DNA from: an uncultured Myxococcales bacterium
GTDB lineage: Bacteria > Myxococcota > UBA4151
Assembly (NCBI GenBank): GCA_964013405.1
Contig: CAXGWI010000053.1
Span: 1 to 21,040 of the forward strand
Reading direction: 5' to 3'
DNA: 21,040 bases
Each line of letters opens with the position of its first letter. Positions within the stretch are counted from its first letter, which is position 1. A model generated the notes under the pieces. That model ran no database searches, had not been told where the DNA came from, and was given only the letters and a program-made list of their open reading frames with translations. Position numbers and translations under genes: made by a program. This document shows, in pieces, positions 8,962-15,557 of the stretch.

Positions 8962-9603
8962 ATGCGCCAGACCCCCATCCTATCCATGACGGTGATCCTC
9001 TCTAGCCTTGCTGCCGGCTGCATCAGTATTCCGGAGATGCAAGGGGGGGCGAGCACGATCACAGGTAGCTTCACCCCGGAGGAAGCGAAAGTCCTCATGG
9101 CCCAGAAGAAAATTCTGCCGGCCAGTCGGATCACCACTCGCACCAGTCGCAACGCGACGACCAATCACACATCCTCTCGAATCGTCCATCAACGGCACTT
9201 TCTGACGCAACAAAAACACCTCTATCCCCCCGTCAAGTTCATGCCTTTGCTCCGGGCCGAAGGGATTGCAACCGACCTCGAACTCGGCACGGAGTCAGGG
9301 GCATACGTGCCGATCTATATCGGTTCGCTCCTGGCTTCGGTGGGAGGGTTGAGCCTCGCCTTAAACGGGACGATCGAAGAAAACGACACGATGAAGTTGA
9401 CGGGACAGGGGCTGATGGTGGTCGGTGTCGGCGGCTATCTGTGGACCGCGTATGTTGCGATCCTCGACGCCCATACCATCACATCGAATCGCAAAGACTG
9501 GTCAATCCAGTGGAATCAGGCCCTCGCCGAGAGACTGGGTCTTGAGTTCGACCCGGAGTCAGTCCGCTCCATTGTTTTCATCGGCAACACGCCCGTCGAG
9601 TAG
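8962..9603 (+). CDS. Hypothetical lipoprotein/membrane protein with a Gly-rich hydrophobic hairpin
   Basis: AGGAG SD upstream, lipobox LAAGC and two Gly-rich hydrophobic segments in the C-terminal half. Confidence 0.7.
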   Translation: MRQTPILSMTVILSSLAAGCISIPEMQGGASTITGSFTPEEAKVLMAQKKILPASRITTRTSRNATTNHTSSRIVHQRHFLTQQKHLYPPVKFMPLLRAEGIATDLELGTESGAYVPIYIGSLLASVGGLSLALNGTIEENDTMKLTGQGLMVVGVGGYLWTAYVAILDAHTITSNRKDWSIQWNQALAERLGLEFDPESVRSIVFIGNTPVE

Positions 9604-9837
9604 GGCCGCCTCAGCGCTCCCCTCCCGGTGGGTTAGTCGCTGAATCAAGGCCTCGAACTCGGAGCCCTCAAATTCCTTCCCGTACTTGCGTAAGAGATCG
9701 GCGATCGCCTCCCGAATGAAGGCTGCCTGGGGAATCCGTGTCCTGCGGCTCAGGTAGCGGAGTTTCTCCTTGTCCAAGACGGGAAGGACCACATTGGTTG
9801 GCACCGCCTTCGCAGCTTTACTGTCGGCAAAAGCCAT
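9559..9837 (-). CDS. Ribbon-helix-helix DNA-binding protein, CdbA/CdbB-like
   Basis: Strong GAGGAGG SD before ATG 9837. The strand-helix-helix segment VPTNVVLPVLDKEKLRYLSRRTRIPQAAFIREAIADLLRKY matches the RHH pattern. Confidence 0.82.
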   Translation of the reverse strand: MAFADSKAAKAVPTNVVLPVLDKEKLRYLSRRTRIPQAAFIREAIADLLRKYGKEFEGSEFEALIQRLTHREGSAEAALLDGRVADENNGAD

Positions 9838-9951
9838 GGTTCGGTCCTCCTCAACCATCTTCAGTCCTCGGGCATCTCAGCGCAAAAAATCGGAGGGCAT
9901 TGTTGCATCCTTGCCCCTGCCGTGACGATACTGCCCTCGGAGAGAAGACTC

Positions 9952-10374
9952 ATGCGACTGGTGCTTTGCCTCAGCCTCGGCCTTTGCGCGGCTTGTGAGA
10001 CCCCCAATGACATCGGCGAGGTCTGCAGTGAGATCCCGCGCATCGTCTCGGAAACGATGCAACCCCAGGTCGGTGAAACTCGGGTGGTTCAAGACGTCGC
10101 GTTCGAACGCTGCGCCCAATTCCTGTGTATCTCCGTGGAGGGGCACAATCCCTATTGCACCCGCCGCTGCCAGGTCGACAGCGATTGCCCGGAGCATTTT
10201 AGCTGCGAACACCCCGTCGAGTTTGGCCCGCTGAGCCGGGTCTGCGCCGATGATGGCGGCCCTTGCGAACCTGCGGACTACTGCGTGCGAAAGAGTGAGT
10301 GGGAGGATCCCATCGGGACGATGAGCGATGGCGGGCCTACGGAACCCGCTGCAGACAGCGGTCCGGCCCCATGA
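9952..10374 (+). CDS. Cys-rich lipoprotein resembling the gliding-motility lipoprotein CglC
   Basis: GGAG SD, lipobox LCAAC and the pattern DIGEVC...C.QFLC.....YCTRRC....DC...FSC......YC. Confidence 0.6.
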   Translation: MRLVLCLSLGLCAACETPNDIGEVCSEIPRIVSETMQPQVGETRVVQDVAFERCAQFLCISVEGHNPYCTRRCQVDSDCPEHFSCEHPVEFGPLSRVCADDGGPCEPADYCVRKSEWEDPIGTMSDGGPTEPAADSGPAP

Positions 10375-10784
10375 TGCTGCTCGCCGTGGTCTTGGCCATG
10401 CCCTGTCAGCCAAGCATCAGCTTTGAGGGCGGCGAGAAGACCCATCGAATCCAAGTGCGTGTGGCCCAAACCCCCAAGCAACGGGAACAAGGGTTGATGC
10501 ATGTCGAGTCCCTGGCCATCGATCGGGGCATGTGGTTTGTGTTTCCCCGGGAAGCGACCCGGCGCTTTTGGATGAAAAATACCCTGATTCCCCTGGACAT
10601 CATCTTCGTCAACGGGAGGCTTGAGGTGATTAACATCGTCCACCGGGCCGAGCCCGGGACGCTTACAGCCCGACGCTCAACCGCACCGGCTCAATATGTG
10701 CTGGAGTTAGCCGGAGGCCAAGCGAAAGCGAGGGGCTTGAAACCGGGTACTCGTCTCCAACCCTGCGGGCTGCCAGCCCTTTAG
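10371..10784 (+). CDS. DUF192 (COG1430) domain protein
   Basis: VAQTPKQREQGLM, GMWFVF, FWMKNTLIPLDIIF and YVLELAGG motifs. ATGA overlap with the upstream gene. Confidence 0.92.
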   Translation: MMLLAVVLAMPCQPSISFEGGEKTHRIQVRVAQTPKQREQGLMHVESLAIDRGMWFVFPREATRRFWMKNTLIPLDIIFVNGRLEVINIVHRAEPGTLTARRSTAPAQYVLELAGGQAKARGLKPGTRLQPCGLPAL

Positions 10785-11362
10785 TTGACCCCACAGGCTT
10801 CAAGCACGTCAGGGCAGTTGGACCGGAAACAGGCAATCACAACTTCTTCATTCTCCTGGGCGTCAGCGCAGCTGTTCTCCCAGCATTCTTCGATACGACC
10901 ACGGGTTCGCCGTACGATCGGCTCGGATTGTAGCGAGCACTCCTCAGCGCAGACCGCTTCCGATGCTACACAGGCGGTGACGCAGCCGATATAAGCGCGA
11001 CACGTCAACAGTTTGTCCGTTTCGAAAGCCTCGCGCAGACTGACCGGATCGGGCTCATCCTCAGGCCTGTACTGACGAAACTCGGCTGCATTATCGAGAT
11101 CTTTGCACAGACCACGATTCGTGCAGCGGTAGGTCCCGTGACAGTCTTGGTCTGTCAGGCAGTCCTGGCGGCAAATCCCCTCATCTTTATATTTGGCTTG
11201 ATGGGGGTCCATCCCCTCCGGCGCCTCCGGGTCATTGGGCCCCCGCGGTTCAAGGTAACAGAAGGTGCCATCGGCGCAGTCCTCATCCTCGGTACAAGGG
11301 ACGGGCTCCGCCTGGCAGGCCAACAGGACCAAAGGAATAATTGCCAGAAAACAACGATGCAT
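10781..11362 (-). CDS. Cys-rich hypothetical lipoprotein
   Basis: Lipobox VLLAC, two CxxDxDCxxxxxC repeats and a C-terminal helical CxxxC-rich region. Its stop overlaps the DUF192 stop. Confidence 0.75.
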   Translation of the reverse strand: MHRCFLAIIPLVLLACQAEPVPCTEDEDCADGTFCYLEPRGPNDPEAPEGMDPHQAKYKDEGICRQDCLTDQDCHGTYRCTNRGLCKDLDNAAEFRQYRPEDEPDPVSLREAFETDKLLTCRAYIGCVTACVASEAVCAEECSLQSEPIVRRTRGRIEECWENSCADAQENEEVVIACFRSNCPDVLEACGVN

Positions 11363-11446
11363 GCTGGTATCCGCTCTAGGTAAAAGCTAGTCGGCCTTAC
11401 CTACTGCTGCAAGATCGTCGCGCGAGACGAAGGGGTTTAGTCGTCG

Positions 11447-12409
11447 ATGGAAGTCATTCCGATTTCACCACGAGGGTATTGTTACGGTGTGGTCGATGCC
11501 ATGACACTGGTTCGGCGCATCGCCGCGGACCCGGACATCCCTAGACCGATCCACGTCCTCGGCATGCTGGTCCACAATCGCCAAGTCACCGAAGCCTTTG
11601 CCGCCATCGGGGTGATCTGCCTTGATGAGCCCGGCGCCACCCGGGTCGAACTGCTCGAAAAGGTCGAGTCCGGCACCGTCGTGTTCACGGCCCACGGGAT
11701 CTCGCCCGAGGTGCGACTCAAGGCGCTGCAGCGGGGCCTTCATATCGAGGATGCAACCTGTCCGGACGTGGCCCGCACCCATCAACTCATCGAGCATCAC
11801 GTCGAAGAAGGGGGCTTCGTCGTCTATGTCGGAATCAGTGGCCATCCCGAGCCAGAAGGAGCCTGTGGTGTCGCGCCCGGTGCGGTCCACCTGGTCAGTT
11901 GCCTGGACGATGTGGACCGTTTGCCCGCCTTCGACGCCCCGCTGCTCGTGACCAATCAAACCACGATGAGCCAGTGGGATATCAAACCGATCATCGCTGC
12001 CATTCGGGACCGTTTTCCGACGGCGATGGTCCAGACCGAGATCTGCTTGGCCACCCAAGTCCGCCAGGAAGCCGTCGCCGACCAAGCGGGTAGCGCCGAC
12101 CTCTTGGTCGTGGTGGGTGATGCGCGCAGCAACAACTCCCAGCGCCTCGCCGCGGTTGGAACAGAGATCGCCGGGGTTCCTGTCATGCAGGTGGCCTCGG
12201 TGGCCGACATCGATACCAGCCGCCTCCCGATCTCTGGCCGCATCGCTGTCACCTCCGGGGCCAGCACCCCAACGGCTGTCACCCGAGAGGTGATCTCGTA
12301 TCTCAAGCGTTACGATGGTCGCCAGCACCCCCCCGAAACCAGCATCGCAGTGGGTAACCGGGTCCTCCCGAGCCTCCCGCGCAAGCGAGGTGGCGGACAG
12401 ACGACCTAA
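11447..12409 (+). CDS. ispH: 4-hydroxy-3-methylbut-2-enyl diphosphate reductase (LytB)
   Basis: Three Fe-S Cys (GYCYGV, DATCPDV, EICLAT) plus VHN, TAHG, GHPE, NQTT, SNNS and TSGASTP motifs. Confidence 0.96.
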   Translation: MEVIPISPRGYCYGVVDAMTLVRRIAADPDIPRPIHVLGMLVHNRQVTEAFAAIGVICLDEPGATRVELLEKVESGTVVFTAHGISPEVRLKALQRGLHIEDATCPDVARTHQLIEHHVEEGGFVVYVGISGHPEPEGACGVAPGAVHLVSCLDDVDRLPAFDAPLLVTNQTTMSQWDIKPIIAAIRDRFPTAMVQTEICLATQVRQEAVADQAGSADLLVVVGDARSNNSQRLAAVGTEIAGVPVMQVASVADIDTSRLPISGRIAVTSGASTPTAVTREVISYLKRYDGRQHPPETSIAVGNRVLPSLPRKRGGGQTT

Positions 12410-12413
12410 GCCG

Positions 12414-12442
12414 TTGACGCGGGGCGCCCACGGGACTATCGA
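12414..12442 (+). promoter_or_regulatory. Possible sigma-70 promoter for the tRNA
   Basis: TTGACG (12414-12419), 17-nt spacer, weak -10 TATCGA, shortly upstream of the tRNA 5' end. Confidence 0.35.
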
Positions 12443-12454
12443 CCGCCCGGATCC

Positions 12455-12531
12455 GGCGAAGTAGCTCAGCTGGTTAGAGCGACGGTCTCATAAATCGTAG
12501 GTCCGCGGTTCAAGTCCGCGCTTCGCCACCA
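12455..12531 (+). tRNA. tRNA with anticodon CAT, most likely elongator tRNA-Met
   Basis: Acceptor stem GGCGAAG/CTTCGCC, D arm GCTC..GAGC, anticodon arm ACGGT-CTCATAA-ATCGT, T loop GGTTCAAGTCC, encoded CCA, 77 nt. The G1-C72 pair and lack of a triple G-C anticodon stem exclude the initiator. Ile2 is less likely but not excluded. Confidence 0.95.
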
Positions 12532-12549
12532 ACATGACGGAAATCCACC

Positions 12550-13293
12550 ATGCGGGTCGCCTTGATCATCATCGGAGATGAAGTTCTCGGCGCCGAGGTG
12601 GAGGACCGTAATATCACGCCACTGCTGCAATGGGCTGCCGAACAGGGCCATCGAGCTCAGTCCGTGCAGGTGGTCGGTGACGAGATCGAAGAGATTACCA
12701 CCGCACTGGGCAGGGCCCGATCCGACGGGGCGGAAGCCATCATTACCACGGGTGGTGTCGGCATTACCCACGATGATCGAACCGTTGAGGCCGTTGGGCG
12801 TAGTCTCGGGCTTGGCTGTACGACTGAATCCCAAGAGATGATCCAACTGCTGACCTCCTGGCTGGGTCACGAGCCAGAGGGGGTCCGTCGGCGATCCAGC
12901 CAAGTCCCGCCGGGCACTCAACTCCACTTCCCGATCATGGAGGACGGCCGCCAGGGCTGGCCAATCTTTCAGGTGGGCGATTGCTACTGCCTACCGGGGA
13001 TTCCTCGTCTGGTTGCCTTCCTCATTCCCCTCTTGCCCAAAGGTCCCGGACCCCAGCCAAAGGCCGAGGTGAGCTTCGAGGGGCGAGAGGCGGACAGTGC
13101 GGAGCTCTTAGAGGAGATGTTGCGGCGTTTTCCTGACCTCAGCGCGGGGAGTTATCCGCCAACCAAAAGACGTAACCGTCGGGTCCGGTTGGTGATCAAG
13201 GGGACAGATGCAACCATGATTATTGCGGCCTGCGAGTGGCTCGAAACCGGTTTGAAGGCCCGCGGCTTGGATCCAGAACGCTGCGGTCCTTGA
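12550..13293 (+). CDS. Stand-alone CinA N-terminal (COG1058, molybdopterin-binding fold) protein; putative ADP-ribose/FAD pyrophosphatase
   Basis: IIGDEVL...DRN, VGDEIEEI, TTGGVGITHDDRT and LPGIP motifs. No C-terminal PncC domain. Confidence 0.85.
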   Translation: MRVALIIIGDEVLGAEVEDRNITPLLQWAAEQGHRAQSVQVVGDEIEEITTALGRARSDGAEAIITTGGVGITHDDRTVEAVGRSLGLGCTTESQEMIQLLTSWLGHEPEGVRRRSSQVPPGTQLHFPIMEDGRQGWPIFQVGDCYCLPGIPRLVAFLIPLLPKGPGPQPKAEVSFEGREADSAELLEEMLRRFPDLSAGSYPPTKRRNRRVRLVIKGTDATMIIAACEWLETGLKARGLDPERCGP

Positions 13294-13324
13294 CCCAGCC
13301 GAAAGAGCGAGGAATGGAGAGGGC

Positions 13325-13825
13325 GTGGATCGATTGTGGGCAGCGTGGCGCTTGAAATACGTGACCGAAGACAAATCGGCCCCTGGTGACTGCCCCTTTT
13401 GCGGCCTCGAAACCGAAGACCCCCAAGCAGACAAGGCCCGCTACGTGCTCTACCGAAGTGAGCACAGTGTGGCACTCCTCAATCGCTTTCCCTACACCAA
13501 CGGACATGTCCTCGTCCTACCGTTTGAACATTGTGATGCCCTCGATGGCCTGGATCCGGCCCTGGCGGCTGATCTCCATGAGACCCTCATGATCACCGTC
13601 AAGGCTTTGCGGACCTGCTACCAACCCGATGGCTTGAACCTGGGCATGAACATGGGCTCCGCGGCCGGAGCCGGGATCGCCAACCACTTGCACTACCATG
13701 CGGTTCCACGCTGGTCCGGTGATACCAACTTCATGCCCGTGGTCGGCGAAGCCAAAGTGCTGCCAGAAACCTTGGAGATGACCTGGGAAAAGCTCCGTAA
13801 GACCTTTGGGGACCTCGAGCGATGA
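13325..13825 (+). CDS. HIT family hydrolase (Ap4A phosphorylase/FHIT-like)
   Basis: LWAAWR, CPFC, LNRFPYTNGH, GLNLGMNMGSAAGAG and the HLHYHAVPRW histidine triad. GGAG SD before GTG. Confidence 0.93.
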   Translation: MDRLWAAWRLKYVTEDKSAPGDCPFCGLETEDPQADKARYVLYRSEHSVALLNRFPYTNGHVLVLPFEHCDALDGLDPALAADLHETLMITVKALRTCYQPDGLNLGMNMGSAAGAGIANHLHYHAVPRWSGDTNFMPVVGEAKVLPETLEMTWEKLRKTFGDLER

Positions 13826-14589
13826 TGAACCTAGCGATCCAACTGCTCCTGTCCTTCGGCGGGGCCGACGAGGTCCCGAAGCACCTGCTTCGATTGCAGC
13901 GAAAGCCGAACACTGAGCGGGTTTACCGAGTGGAACAGAGCGCCCAGTTCGGCAGTCGTTCCGGCATCACATTGTCCATGCGTCTGCGAGAGATCGTCCA
14001 CGAGGTGGAGGATCAGAGGGCCCGCGTGGAACGCCGTCTCGAGCAGATCGAGCTCGCGGAGCCAGGCCCCGGCGACGATCTCGTCAAATCGATTGCCGGC
14101 GTCTCCTGGCGCGGTTGGGTCGACGACCGGGGCCGATGGGAGCGACTGGCGCTCAGCCCAACGGAAGATAAGCCCAAACTCCTCAAACCCCTACTCGAGG
14201 AGCTCCAGTCCCTGCCAGCCGGGGGAAGCTTGCTCCTCCCGGAAGCCCCCGTCGGCATCGGCTCGACATGGCAGTTGCCCGCCGCAATGTTACTCAAACC
14301 AACCCGGCGGGATGCCCAGCCCACCACTGGCCAGATCGAGTGCAAGCTCCTCTCCCTGCAAAGCCAAATCGCCACGATCCAATTGAAGCTCGCGGCCGAA
14401 TTGGGAACGGAGCAAGACCAACGAACGGGGAGTGCAAGTGGTGAGGGACAGTTAGTCGTCGACCTTTCGTCCGGATTTTTACAACGCTTTCAATTTGAAT
14501 CGACCATGAAACTCAACGTTCGTGTCGGCGGACGGATGGAGACACACTTGCTCCGCAGTCGCTTCCAGTTGATTGGAGAAACACGATGA
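13822..14589 (+). CDS. Hypothetical exported beta-rich protein
   Basis: ATGA overlaps at both ends, short hydrophobic N-terminus, LPEAPVGIGSTW and GEGQLVVDLSSG segments. Confidence 0.68.
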   Translation: MMNLAIQLLLSFGGADEVPKHLLRLQRKPNTERVYRVEQSAQFGSRSGITLSMRLREIVHEVEDQRARVERRLEQIELAEPGPGDDLVKSIAGVSWRGWVDDRGRWERLALSPTEDKPKLLKPLLEELQSLPAGGSLLLPEAPVGIGSTWQLPAAMLLKPTRRDAQPTTGQIECKLLSLQSQIATIQLKLAAELGTEQDQRTGSASGEGQLVVDLSSGFLQRFQFESTMKLNVRVGGRMETHLLRSRFQLIGETR

Positions 14590-15017
14590 ACCTACTTCTT
14601 TCCACCCTCCTTCTTGTGCAGGGCGCCCCAGCGCTATCGAGCCACCATCAAGGCAGCACCAATTGGCTTGAGGGCTGTGTCGCAACCCACAAAGCCCTGT
14701 TCAAAGGCGACGAGAAAACCGCGGCCAAAGCGCTCAAGGGCATGCTCCTCTACAAGACCACGCCGCAAGCGGCACGGCAGCTTTTGTTGAACATCCCGAA
14801 AGGCCTCAAAGCCCAACGAAACCTCTTCAAGAAGGTCAGCGTTCAGTGCCGGTCCCATTGGCAGAAAACGCCAAAGGACCGATCGAACTTTGTCGTCATG
14901 ACCTGTCCCATGGTCGATGCGGACTGGATCCAGAAGGCGGGCAAACTGGAGAACCCCTACGCTGCGGAAACCATGCCGCATTGTGGCTATCAGTTGCTGC
15001 CTAAAAAGAAGAAGTGA
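14586..15017 (+). CDS. Exported DUF3347-associated, putative heavy-metal-binding protein
   Basis: Signal peptide, HH, and C-terminal CPM...WIQ....LENPY....MPHCG motif as seen in DUF3347/CusB-associated proteins. Confidence 0.7.
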   Translation: MNLLLSTLLLVQGAPALSSHHQGSTNWLEGCVATHKALFKGDEKTAAKALKGMLLYKTTPQAARQLLLNIPKGLKAQRNLFKKVSVQCRSHWQKTPKDRSNFVVMTCPMVDADWIQKAGKLENPYAAETMPHCGYQLLPKKKK

Positions 15018-15556
15018 CCACCACGCGAGTCCCAAGACGAGTTTCCCGTCGCCGTCGGTGGCGAGTGGCCCCTGTCGTCTTGGTCGTGCTGCTCACTTTA
15101 ATTTGGGGCTTGAGCCGGTGGTCGCCGGAGACGCCGGCCCCAGAAGTGCTGATGGACAGCGGACCGACCACCCCCCCCTGCCCCCTCCTCATGCGTCTCG
15201 CCGACCGAGAGCGTCGCTGTGACAACGAGCCGATCGAATTGCCCGGCGAAAAGGTTGATGTGGTTTTGTTGAGCCCCCGGTGGTCAGCGGATTGCCGACT
15301 CTTGCTGCGGGACGATAAGGACCGCTTCGTCCCCTTCGACTTGGTGGCTTCCGGCGACGGAACCGCCCGGGGTACTCTAGGCCCCTTCAAGCGCCGCTCG
15401 GAGCCCTACATCCTTAGCTTCGTGGCTATCGATGAACGGCGCAATGTCGAGGACAGCTGTGGAGCCTATCAGGATGTTCGGCTGGAGTTAAGCTACCCGC
15501 CCCTTCAGTCGACGGACGCTGGGGTCGACGGCAAGGCAGAGGACAAGGCCCCCTAG
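15014..15556 (+). CDS. Hypothetical single-TM membrane protein
   Basis: GTGA overlap, Arg-rich N-terminus followed by a TM helix (VAPVVLVVLLTLIWGL), and 4 Cys in the soluble domain. Confidence 0.65.
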   Translation: MTTTRVPRRVSRRRRWRVAPVVLVVLLTLIWGLSRWSPETPAPEVLMDSGPTTPPCPLLMRLADRERRCDNEPIELPGEKVDVVLLSPRWSADCRLLLRDDKDRFVPFDLVASGDGTARGTLGPFKRRSEPYILSFVAIDERRNVEDSCGAYQDVRLELSYPPLQSTDAGVDGKAEDKAP

Positions 15557-15557
15557 C

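Noticed and set aside
9559..9837. RHH protein as a toxin-antitoxin antitoxin
   Set aside because: No co-oriented toxin-like ORF next to it.
12455..12531. tRNA as an integration site for an island
   Set aside because: No integrase and no duplicated tRNA 3' end seen in the window.
15171..15178. C8 homopolymer (also G7 runs near 3173, 5204 and 9043) as phase-variation tracts
   Set aside because: Short runs are expected at this GC content and all reading frames are intact.
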